IMG/VR virus record: IMGVR_UViG_3300010885_021377
Location: 1 to 64,000 of that record
DNA from: a virus
Taxonomy: Duplodnaviria > Caudoviricetes
Reading direction: 5' to 3' (one strand)
Length of the DNA stretch: 64,000 nt
In this document: piece after piece, positions 10,435-19,473 of the stretch
Layout: each line of letters begins with the position of its first letter
Position numbering within the stretch: position 1 is the first letter of the stretch
Position numbers and translations under genes: made by a program
The notes under the pieces: generated by a model
Databases searched by the model: none
The model's input: the letters and a program-made list of their open reading frames with translations, nothing else
What the model was told of the DNA's origin: nothing

Positions 10435-12537
10435 TTAAGTGAAAAACGGTTTCCATCCTTGCGAAAACAAATCATCATATTCCGGATTCAATGATTCATT
10501 AGAACCTCCTATTATAATAGGTAATGCATCACCACCTATTCCATTTTTTTCGTTATTATATATAGAAGAAGGATTGTTAAAATATTTTATACCATAATCC
10601 ATAGATTTTATTAATACTGGTTTACTACTTTCGTTTTTTTCTATAATATCAAAATATACTGGGGCTATATCTTCGTGTAATATCATTAATGCCCATGCTA
10701 AAGACATAACCCGATCATCATGTGCCCCGTGTTTAGCCCCCCATGTTTTATTTGGATGCCTAACAAAATCTTTTAATTCTAATATTGTATTAATATCGTT
10801 GATCTGTATAGATTTCATAGTATTAATCCAATATCTTTGATTCATTACCGCATCGTATTTAGTATTAGTATGAGCTACTATTCCATATTGCAAAGATTTT
10901 CTGTTTGCAACTTTATTAATACCCCAATTTACAATATTATCATAATTAAAATCCTTTTTTAAATTATCTACAACTTGTCCTCCGCAATTATTTCGTTCTA
11001 TCATTGCTAATGGATCTCCCCAATGTTGTAGAATTTCTCTTAATTTTGGAGTAAATTCTGATGGTGTAATTTTATTATTATGATAAACTGCTACTTGTTT
11101 TATTGTTTTGGGTTCTGTGATGTCTAAAATCTGTATAACCGAGGCATCTTTTCCTACTCCTTCTGCTATATCAACTCCTGCCACATAAATTTTTTGATCG
11201 TTTGGTCTTTCCCATAATAAATATTTCCCATCATCATATACAAACATGGGTTCCATTGTATATCTTTTCATATTATCAAAAAGATCACCATCTATTGCAG
11301 ATTCTCCCACTTCATCAAATTCGCAATTATGAGATACGATATCATTTGTGTAATATTGATTAGATTCTACATTTAATAAATCATAAACTTGTAAAGATCC
11401 AATACATTTAATTTCGATAATATTATCAAATCCATTTTTTATTTGTATTTCATCATTTATTTTTAATTCTTCGGCAATTTTAAATTCACCAGATTTAGTT
11501 AAAACTCTATGATTTTTACTACATTTTAGTGATGTAGTAGTTAATATTAATTCTAAACAATCTTTTGTTAATTTTTGAATACCAGAAAATGGCTCAAATC
11601 CATTAGGAGTTAATATTTTTATATTGTTTTTATTTAATTCGAATGATTTGTACAATTCTTCAATTGTGATTTGCTGCTCTTCATTATTACTATTTAGTAT
11701 GGTAATGAGGGTTTTCCCATCGACACATTCAAATTCCCTCTTCCACATTCCTATATCTGATAAAGAACCTACAGTTTGTTTTTTCCATTTTTCGTCTCGT
11801 CCGGGAACTTCATTCCAAAGCACCTTCATATGAACCCATTCGTTTGTACCTTTTACCGATCCATCATATAATTTATAAAATAATCCAGAAGTATCTCTTG
11901 GAGTAGATGCCATAATAATTTTAGATTTAGTCGATGATGAAATAATTGGATATACCGATGCCCAAAATTCATCGAGCATATTAGGTTCTATCCAGTCGGC
12001 TTCATCGACAAATAATATATTAGCCATAGATCCTCTACCAGCAGTTCCTGTTGTAGTAGTTATAGATATACGAGATCCATTTGCTAATTCCATAGCTTCT
12101 AGCCCATAATATTGAATTGGTGCTTTTAACCAATTCGGAAGATTTTCATATGCAAATCTAACTCGCCTAAAAATTTCTTTTGCGGTATTTTCTTTATTTG
12201 CTACAAGCAATATTCTTTGATCATCTTGAAACATTGCTACCCATAATAAAAATATAGTAGCAATTGTACTTTTACCTACCTGTCTACTAAACAAAAATAA
12301 ACTAAATCTATTATCTCTAATCATTCTAAGTGCTTTTTTTTGAAAAGAATGTAATCGTATTTTAATTCTTCCGTCATCTGCATTGACAATATAAAAATGA
12401 TTTTCGGCAAAATGTAAAATATTTTCTTTACATTTTTTCAAATCTGCAACCATTTCTGGTGTCCATTCGAACTGAGCCTCTACTGTTGGTAGGGCTGGAT
12501 TATTCATGTAAATTTCTTTTTTTGGTATTCTAGGCAT
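10435..12537 (-). CDS. gp17: Large terminase subunit, gp17-like, intein-containing
   Basis: Walker A SRQVGKST, Walker B LFVDEAD, IIMASTP, nuclease GVDIAEG and HDDRVMSL; start reassigned to ATG 12537 (TAAGTA 5 nt upstream). Confidence 0.95.
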   Translation of the reverse strand: MPRIPKKEIYMNNPALPTVEAQFEWTPEMVADLKKCKENILHFAENHFYIVNADDGRIKIRLHSFQKKALRMIRDNRFSLFLFSRQVGKSTIATIFLLWVAMFQDDQRILLVANKENTAKEIFRRVRFAYENLPNWLKAPIQYYGLEAMELANGSRISITTTTGTAGRGSMANILFVDEADWIEPNMLDEFWASVYPIISSSTKSKIIMASTPRDTSGLFYKLYDGSVKGTNEWVHMKVLWNEVPGRDEKWKKQTVGSLSDIGMWKREFECVDGKTLITILNSNNEEQQITIEELYKSFELNKNNIKILTPNGFEPFSGIQKLTKDCLELILTTTSLKCSKNHRVLTKSGEFKIAEELKINDEIQIKNGFDNIIEIKCIGSLQVYDLLNVESNQYYTNDIVSHNCEFDEVGESAIDGDLFDNMKRYTMEPMFVYDDGKYLLWERPNDQKIYVAGVDIAEGVGKDASVIQILDITEPKTIKQVAVYHNNKITPSEFTPKLREILQHWGDPLAMIERNNCGGQVVDNLKKDFNYDNIVNWGINKVANRKSLQYGIVAHTNTKYDAVMNQRYWINTMKSIQINDINTILELKDFVRHPNKTWGAKHGAHDDRVMSLAWALMILHEDIAPVYFDIIEKNESSKPVLIKSMDYGIKYFNNPSSIYNNEKNGIGGDALPIIIGGSNESLNPEYDDLFSQGWKPFFT
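11326..11727 (-). mobile_element. Mini-intein (134 aa, no homing endonuclease) in the terminase
   Basis: Begins CVDGKT after REFE; block B CSKNHRV; block F VYDLLNVE; ends SHN followed by +1 Cys. Removing it restores REFE-CEFD. Confidence 0.93.
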
Positions 12538-12610
12538 GTATATACTTAACAAAAATGAAAAAAAATTAAAAAAACTTCAAAAAATAATACATTCGAGAGT
12601 AAATAAAAAT

Positions 12611-13240
12611 ATGAGCAAATCTCTATTTGAAAAACTATTCGAAGAAGTAATGGAAAGTGACGAACAAGCATTAGGTATAGATCCTACTGGTGATGCTGGT
12701 GCCGATTCAGGCTCTGGCGAATTCGGAAACGAAGAAGGTCAAGAAGATCAAGTAACACTAACATTAGACAAAGCTACTGCACAGGCATTATATGATATGC
12801 TTGGTGGTGTACTAGGTAATTCCGAAGAAGGTCAAGAAGGAAATGGAGAAAAAGGTCTAGAAGGTGGAACAGAAGAAGGCCAAGAAGGTGGTGGAGAATC
12901 TTTCGGTGACGAATCTTCCGAAAGCTGGGATGCCGAAGAAGACGCACAAGAAAAGGAAGAAACTGATGAAGAAAAAGAAGGAGAACTAAAAGAATCTCCC
13001 CAATCAGGTTATGTTCCCTTCGCAAATAAAGGAGAATCTTTAAGAAACAAGAACCAAACTGTAACTGGAGCTATGGCTGCAAAAACTTCAGCTCACGGTA
13101 AAGCTGAGAAAACCTCTCAGACTCCCGGTACTGAAAAGTACATGCCTGCCAGTACTAAGTATGATGATGGAAAGTCCATGAAAGCTAATGGACGGGCTGC
13201 TAATGTTAGCGGATCTGGAAAATCAGTTTTCCATCCTTAA
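12611..13240 (+). CDS. Acidic late protein, possible prohead core/internal head protein
   Basis: Very E/G/D-rich central part; start reassigned to ATG 12611 (TAAATA-N5); N-terminus MSKSLFEKLFEEVME. Confidence 0.45.
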   Translation: MSKSLFEKLFEEVMESDEQALGIDPTGDAGADSGSGEFGNEEGQEDQVTLTLDKATAQALYDMLGGVLGNSEEGQEGNGEKGLEGGTEEGQEGGGESFGDESSESWDAEEDAQEKEETDEEKEGELKESPQSGYVPFANKGESLRNKNQTVTGAMAAKTSAHGKAEKTSQTPGTEKYMPASTKYDDGKSMKANGRAANVSGSGKSVFHP

Positions 13241-13265
13241 TATATAAATAAAATTTAAAACTTTT

Positions 13266-13298
13266 AAAGGGGACTCTTCGGAGTCCCCTTTATTTTTT
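13266..13298 (+). terminator. Intrinsic terminator with a C(UUCG)G tetraloop
   Basis: aaaggggactc-TTCG-gagtccccttt followed by a T-run, just after the stop at 13240. Confidence 0.9.
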
Positions 13299-13312
13299 GA
13301 CTAAATAGTAAT

Positions 13313-13624
13313 ATGATGACCTTTAAAGATTTTTATTTAATGATGGAACTCGCCAATCCATATCATAGAAGAGATTCCGTTTTAATAAATCCTAATAAAA
13401 CTGGTCTGATTGCCAGAAGACATAAAGATCGTAGTGATATTAACTATGTTAATAAAGACAAAGAACATAAATTAGGAGTTATGAATCCTAAAGATAATGT
13501 AGATATATCTAACAAATATAATATAAATATAGACAACATTCCAATGGGTAAAGCCAGAAGATTAGGTAAAAGTAAATTTGTAATAGTAAAAACTCCATTA
13601 GGAATTCGAAAGGAAAAACGATAA
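13313..13624 (+). CDS. Small basic late protein, capsid-targeting-like N-terminus
   Basis: MMTFKDFYLMME; TAAATA-N5-ATG. Confidence 0.5.
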   Translation: MMTFKDFYLMMELANPYHRRDSVLINPNKTGLIARRHKDRSDINYVNKDKEHKLGVMNPKDNVDISNKYNINIDNIPMGKARRLGKSKFVIVKTPLGIRKEKR

Positions 13625-13625
13625 T

Positions 13626-14387
13626 ATGTCAAATTGTTATTATTCCGGTGCTGGTAATGGTAGCTTATGCTATGAGCTATATGACAAAACTAGATTACAA
13701 CCAGATCGTCAAGTGCTTTCCAATGTAGCAGAAGAGATGGTACAAAGCATGGGACAAAAAATAGATTATTGGATTAATACTACGACGACCTCCGGTGCAG
13801 ATACTATATATGGGGAAGAACCTACTAGCATATATCAAGGTCCGATACCAATGAAAATGATAATAAACTTAAATGAAAGTAGCCTATCTTTAAGCAAGTT
13901 CGGGTTTCAATCTGATGACGAAGTTGTCGGATATTTAGCATTTAATAATTTTTATAATTCGATGTCTGGGCAAACTATATATAATATTATACAACAAATT
14001 ATAGAACCCAAATCTGGAGATGTATTTCGTATGACTGAATATGGAAATGATCGAGTAGGAGGAAGGAGTGGAAATTTTTTCCAAATAACAGAACGTCGAG
14101 ATCAAGATATAGGAGATAGTATCAATCCTTTAGGTGGTCATTATGGTTGGAAAATTACTGCTAAAAGATTAGAATATAGCTGGGAACCCGGTTTACCACA
14201 AGAAACTGCTAACGATCAAATCACAGATGATAGTTTTTATGGGAAAGTTTCCAGTACCATTACCGATGAAGTATCTTCTGCACCGAAATCCTATTCGGAA
14301 TGTGCCGATAATGATAGTAAACGATTTATCATTGATATGGGTGTCAATGATACGTCAGTTTATGGGACATACGATTTAAATAATTAA
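13626..14387 (+). CDS. gp14: Neck/head-closure protein, gp14-like
   Basis: EEMVQSMGQKIDYW, IYGEEPTS, LSKFGFQSDDEV, EPKSGDVF match gp14 motifs. Confidence 0.75.
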   Translation: MSNCYYSGAGNGSLCYELYDKTRLQPDRQVLSNVAEEMVQSMGQKIDYWINTTTTSGADTIYGEEPTSIYQGPIPMKMIINLNESSLSLSKFGFQSDDEVVGYLAFNNFYNSMSGQTIYNIIQQIIEPKSGDVFRMTEYGNDRVGGRSGNFFQITERRDQDIGDSINPLGGHYGWKITAKRLEYSWEPGLPQETANDQITDDSFYGKVSSTITDEVSSAPKSYSECADNDSKRFIIDMGVNDTSVYGTYDLNN

Positions 14388-14391
14388 TATA

Positions 14392-17300
14392 TTATATCAT
14401 TTTTGTCGCAGATTTAATATCAAATCCAGTAGAAGGTGTTAATATATAATTATTATTTGTTCCAATACCATATAATGTACCATTAGTTTTATGAAATATT
14501 GTATAATAGTGCTGTGGTCCAGTTGTTATATCTGTAGTATTACAGCCTAATATAATATTTTTAATATGTTTTAATGGCATCTTTCTAAAATATGGTAAAT
14601 TCAATGTATCATCTGGTGAATTATTATCTGTATTATACCCACCAATATGTGCATATTCATCAGAATCTATATAAGAAACTGCATGAAAGTTATCAACATT
14701 AGAACTCCAAGAATCTGAAGTATATATAGAACATACACTGCTTACAAATGTTTTGGTATCATAGTCCCAACATCTAGTAGGAGTATATACATAAACAGAA
14801 CTTGTAATGTTAGTTAGAGTCAATCCTTTCGTCGTTCCGTTCATTCCCCATGAATATAATTTTCCGCTATCAGTTGATGCAAATACGGTATTTCCATCAT
14901 ATCCAGTGATTAATACTTTATTAAAAACTTCCGATCCTATATTTCCTCCCGTAATCAATCTATATGTAGTATTTTTACCAACTAAGTTATAATCCATATT
15001 TCCTAATACTCCATATGTAGCAAATCCCATCGAATATAATTTACCAGAAGTATTAATATATATATTATTATGGAATCCTCCCCACGGTGTTTTTGCTAAT
15101 TTATATGCATCATCAACATCTTGTGATACTGTATAACTAGATGTTGTCCATTTTTTACATGGTCTAAAAATAGTTGTATCATTCTGAGTACCAACACCGG
15201 TATATCCTCTTCCTAATTGACCTATAGTATTATCTCCCGCTGAATACAATCTATTATCTTTTGTTATTATAGATAATATAGTACTTGATGTATCTCCACT
15301 GCAAAATTCATATTCTTTTACATTATTTTTAAATTGATGCACTTTTACTGGTGGAGATGATGAACAACTAGCCACTACTGTTCCTATTCCTAAACATCCA
15401 TCTGGACTCGACCCCCATACCCACAACGAATCCGTGCTATCTAATGCAGCAAACATATTTCCGGTAATATTGTCGTTATCCGACATCATTTTTATAGATT
15501 TAAATTTAACTTCATTAGTATTACCTAATATATCTTTATCATATATATTACATTTAATAAAACCAGCAGTAGATTTATCTGTAGCACATCCAAGACCTAA
15601 AGTACTAGTTGGTAATTTATTATAAGTTGTACCTACACCAGCTTTTGTGATTTTTCTAAGTTTATCACCACCTCTTTCACAAATATACATATCGTCGTTA
15701 TATTTATTAATAACTATTCCATATGGACCATTCGTAGAACCCAATATTCCTGTACCATCCTTAGATATAGCAGTTCCATTCCCGAAAAATGTAGTAACTG
15801 CAAATGTAGTTCTATCGATTTTACGAATTCGATGATTGAGATAATCTGCTACAAATATATCTCCATTAGAATCTAATGCTAATCCTTCTGGATTTTTAAA
15901 TCTAGCATTAGTACCAACACTAGAATCTGCATATCCTGCACTAAAAGTTCCCGCAATAGTAGTAACATCCCATAAAGAGGTGGCATTATTAAATACTAAT
16001 TTTCTTATTCTATGCGCACACTGAGCAGTAGTTCCGGTAACCGCAGTACTAGCTTCTGATACATATAATATATTACGTACAGAATCATATACCATACCAA
16101 CTGGACTAAGAAATCTACTATTAGTTCCGGAACCATCTTTACTTCCAACTGGACTAGTTGTTATTGTTGCTGATGCTCCCGCAATAGTAGTAATGGATCT
16201 GTTATTTGCTTCGGTATCTATTTTACGAATTCGATGATTGAGATAATCTGCCACATATATAACATCAGCATGATATGCGATTCCATACGGCTGATTAAAT
16301 CTGCCGACACTGGATAATCCATCTACTATACCCGCCGCATTTGAACTATTTAATGGAGACCCTTGTCCGTACTCATTATACTTCCATATTTGATTAGTTA
16401 CGGTTGCAAAATATGTATTATCAGGTCCGTTTCCAACTAACGGAATTGCGAAAGGATTTGATGGTGGTAATACTTGTAGACTACTATTAATAATAAATTT
16501 GGGAAGAACTATATTAGTTTGATTAAATCTTCTATTCTCAATTTCTGGAATTATTTTTAATATTTGATTATTAGTTGTATCACAAATTAAAAGATCGCCT
16601 TCGTTAGTTAATGCTACTCCCGAAGGATCGGCGTATACTGCACTTGCAATTCCGGTATTAGTTCCTATAGTCCATACTGAACCATAATCTTCTTTCCCTG
16701 TTGGACCCACTAATGCCATTCCTGCAAATCTAGACCAATATAATTCTTTAATTTCTTCTGTTGGATTTTCATCTAAATAATCACCTCCATATGGGATATA
16801 TAATGCAGGATTTTTATACCCATCATATTTTACCCAAAATGGAACTCTCATATAATTAGTTATTGGTGTGGAATATAAAGCATTTACGGTTCCAAATTTT
16901 TCAATTCCTAATAAACCCCATGCAATAACTTTATTATCTGTAGTTATTGCTGCTGCATTATTTTGAGTAGACACACATTTTGCTAATTGTTTAATATATC
17001 CTTGTTCAGTTACCGTTTCTATCTGAGGATCTGATGCTCTCCATGTAGATAAAGTTTTACTATAACTAATACTAGCTCCTTCGTTATAATTTACATTATC
17101 CAATGAACTCAATTTCATCTTTCCGGATACCCATTTGCTATTTAAAAAATTTAATGTGTCACCAGCAGATACATTAGTAGATTTGATTTGCAGTCCAGTA
17201 GTTGTTATTTCGAGTCCTCCTTCGGGTTTAACAAATTCTGAATGAACTTTTCCTATTTTTATAGTAGCATCTTCAATTTTTGAATTTGTTACTGCTCCTA

Positions 17301-18288
17301 TGTCAAGATTTCCGCTTTTGACTGAATTTTCTGCTAATTTAAGATTGGTGACAGCACTATCATTTAATTTTTCAGTAGTAACTGCACTATTATTTAATTT
17401 ATCAGTAGTAACTGCACTACTAGCTAATAGTGCAGTAGTAACACTAGACAACGCAATTTTTGCGGTAGTAACTGCACTATTAGCTAATAGTGCAGTAGTA
17501 ACACTAGACAACGCAATTTTTGCGGTAGTAACCGCAGTAGCAGCTATTAATTCCGTAGTGATACTAGTTAATGCTATTTTGTCTGTAGTAACCGCAGTAG
17601 CAGCTATTAATTCCGTAGTGATACTAGTTAATGCTATTTTGTCTGTAGTAATAGAACGATTTCCAATATCAATAGTATTAATTGTATTATTAGTTGTATT
17701 ATTTGTTATTCCTGCTGCTAATTTTTCTAAAGTTATAGAACCATCTTGTATATTATTAGTAGCTATACTACTCAAACCTAATTTTGTGTTAGTAATACAG
17801 GCATCTGCTAATTTTTCTGTTGTTACATTATTATTTATAATTTTGGAAGTTGATACACTACTATCAGCTAATTTACTACCTATTACACTGTTTTCTCCTA
17901 ATTTGGAAGAATTAATTGCTCCGTCATTAATTTTATTAACAGTGACACTATTATTTGCTAATTTATCAGAAGTTACACTAGCACTAGACAATTTTGAAGT
18001 TGATATACTAGAATCTGCTATTTTAACTTCAGTAATTGCGTTATCTCGAATATTACCAGTTGATACACTAGTTAATGCTAATTTTTCATTTGTTATTGAT
18101 CCGTCACTTATTACGGTAGCTGTACTAAACTTAATAACAGTCGGATCGATATTGATCTCTCTAATGATATAGTCTTTAACAGAACTTAATTCAGTTTTAA
18201 ACGTAGCATGCTCGTGATCTAATAATAGATTATCATATCCTGATAAATCATTATAATTTGTAAAATCTGTTATTCTTTTGTATATCAT
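14392..18288 (-). CDS. Tail fibre/adhesin with 10-aa fibre repeats, RCC1-like repeats and an internal NHL propeller
   Basis: Repeats of the type xxTxxKLAxx in the N-terminal third; RCC1-like motifs (DSLWVWGSSPDGCLG, LYSAGDNTIGQLG); NHL motifs (FNQPYGI...ADYLNHRIRKI). Confidence 0.7.
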   Translation of the reverse strand: MIYKRITDFTNYNDLSGYDNLLLDHEHATFKTELSSVKDYIIREINIDPTVIKFSTATVISDGSITNEKLALTSVSTGNIRDNAITEVKIADSSISTSKLSSASVTSDKLANNSVTVNKINDGAINSSKLGENSVIGSKLADSSVSTSKIINNNVTTEKLADACITNTKLGLSSIATNNIQDGSITLEKLAAGITNNTTNNTINTIDIGNRSITTDKIALTSITTELIAATAVTTDKIALTSITTELIAATAVTTAKIALSSVTTALLANSAVTTAKIALSSVTTALLASSAVTTDKLNNSAVTTEKLNDSAVTNLKLAENSVKSGNLDIGAVTNSKIEDATIKIGKVHSEFVKPEGGLEITTTGLQIKSTNVSAGDTLNFLNSKWVSGKMKLSSLDNVNYNEGASISYSKTLSTWRASDPQIETVTEQGYIKQLAKCVSTQNNAAAITTDNKVIAWGLLGIEKFGTVNALYSTPITNYMRVPFWVKYDGYKNPALYIPYGGDYLDENPTEEIKELYWSRFAGMALVGPTGKEDYGSVWTIGTNTGIASAVYADPSGVALTNEGDLLICDTTNNQILKIIPEIENRRFNQTNIVLPKFIINSSLQVLPPSNPFAIPLVGNGPDNTYFATVTNQIWKYNEYGQGSPLNSSNAAGIVDGLSSVGRFNQPYGIAYHADVIYVADYLNHRIRKIDTEANNRSITTIAGASATITTSPVGSKDGSGTNSRFLSPVGMVYDSVRNILYVSEASTAVTGTTAQCAHRIRKLVFNNATSLWDVTTIAGTFSAGYADSSVGTNARFKNPEGLALDSNGDIFVADYLNHRIRKIDRTTFAVTTFFGNGTAISKDGTGILGSTNGPYGIVINKYNDDMYICERGGDKLRKITKAGVGTTYNKLPTSTLGLGCATDKSTAGFIKCNIYDKDILGNTNEVKFKSIKMMSDNDNITGNMFAALDSTDSLWVWGSSPDGCLGIGTVVASCSSSPPVKVHQFKNNVKEYEFCSGDTSSTILSIITKDNRLYSAGDNTIGQLGRGYTGVGTQNDTTIFRPCKKWTTSSYTVSQDVDDAYKLAKTPWGGFHNNIYINTSGKLYSMGFATYGVLGNMDYNLVGKNTTYRLITGGNIGSEVFNKVLITGYDGNTVFASTDSGKLYSWGMNGTTKGLTLTNITSSVYVYTPTRCWDYDTKTFVSSVCSIYTSDSWSSNVDNFHAVSYIDSDEYAHIGGYNTDNNSPDDTLNLPYFRKMPLKHIKNIILGCNTTDITTGPQHYYTIFHKTNGTLYGIGTNNNYILTPSTGFDIKSATKMI
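17405..17650. repeat. Two different 60-bp units, each tandemly duplicated, within a 30-bp-period coding repeat
   Basis: 17405-17464 and 17465-17524 differ by one base; the unit gtagtaaccgcagtagcagctattaattccgtagtgatactagttaatgctattttgtct is repeated exactly at 17525 and 17585. Confidence 0.9.
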
Positions 18289-18303
18289 AATTATATTTAT
18301 TAG

Positions 18304-19470
18304 TTAACTCTTCCAATATGTGTCAGTATCCAATAGTATATATTCGTAATCTGGTATATCTGTAGATATTATGGTTTCCTGACCTACTACAGATAAATAA
18401 GCTTGTAAACTGGTAGTACTTCCCGCAACATTAGTTGCTATACATGCGTAATATTGTTGGTCAGAAAGTGCTACAGGATCAATGGATAATGTTCTACTAG
18501 TCTTATTTAAAATATTTCCTGTTCCTATTTTAGTCCATTGATATGTTATAGGCTTTGTTCCTGAAGTATTTGCAACAAAAGTAACTCCTTGTCCAATACT
18601 TCTTATAGCTGATACTGGTTGTAATGTAAATACCGGTTTTTCGTTTACATATAAATATGCTTTATTAGAAGTAACTGATAGAAATATATTGGATAATATA
18701 CAATCGTAATAACCTATATCTGATAAGCTAACATTTAATACACTTAATTCCACAAACCCCGTATCCTCAATTATTAGTGTAGTATAATTAATTTTATTTT
18801 TTCTCCATTCGGCAGTAATAGGAAATACTCCGGTACATGATAAATTTATAAATACATTATCACCTATAGCAGATATTACATTTATAGGTTGTGTATTTAT
18901 TTTAATGGTATTTAATATTTTTAATTCGGCTTCATTACTAGTTACAGAACCAAATGTATTGGTCACTGTAGCATAATATTTTCCTTCGTTATTGTAATAA
19001 ATGTTATTAATATACAAAGTATTACTAGATCCTGAAATAAGTATATTATTTTTAAACCATTTATATATTAATGGTTCAGTGCCTATAGATGATATATTAA
19101 AGGTAATATTGCTTCCCGCTTCCGACAATACTGATAATGGTTGTGTTACTAAATAAGGAGATTCTATTACATCCAATTTTACAACATTACTTTTTATTTT
19201 AGTTTTATTATTTCCTACTATACAAAAATATGTAGCATCATCTGTATCCCTGATGCTAGATAATAGTAAAGTATCCGTAATTTCTCCTAATAATGGAAAA
19301 CTATTTTTATACCATTGATATACTAATGGTGCAGACCCTTTAATTTTTATATAAAAATTAAAACTATCTCCCGGCTTTTTTTTCCCGCCGACAGGTTGTA
19401 TAACAATAACTGGAGACACATAAGCTATTATGTGGGTAAATTTTCTAAAACTCCCATTTTTTATATACAT
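18304..19470 (-). CDS. Protein of four tandem Ig I-set-like domains (virion display protein)
   Basis: Four repeats of the type xxQPxS...GxxxxF...GxxPxxYQWxK...L....D...YxCxxxN..G...S..A.L.V. Confidence 0.8.
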   Translation of the reverse strand: MYIKNGSFRKFTHIIAYVSPVIVIQPVGGKKKPGDSFNFYIKIKGSAPLVYQWYKNSFPLLGEITDTLLLSSIRDTDDATYFCIVGNNKTKIKSNVVKLDVIESPYLVTQPLSVLSEAGSNITFNISSIGTEPLIYKWFKNNILISGSSNTLYINNIYYNNEGKYYATVTNTFGSVTSNEAELKILNTIKINTQPINVISAIGDNVFINLSCTGVFPITAEWRKNKINYTTLIIEDTGFVELSVLNVSLSDIGYYDCILSNIFLSVTSNKAYLYVNEKPVFTLQPVSAIRSIGQGVTFVANTSGTKPITYQWTKIGTGNILNKTSRTLSIDPVALSDQQYYACIATNVAGSTTSLQAYLSVVGQETIISTDIPDYEYILLDTDTYWKS

Positions 19471-19473
19471 ACC

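Noticed and set aside
17405-17650. Possible CRISPR array
   Set aside because: Units are contiguous, in-frame coding repeats without unique spacers.
17300-18172. 290-aa plus-strand ORF with repeats
   Set aside because: Mirror of the 10-aa fibre repeat on the opposite strand, which lacks antisense stops by composition.
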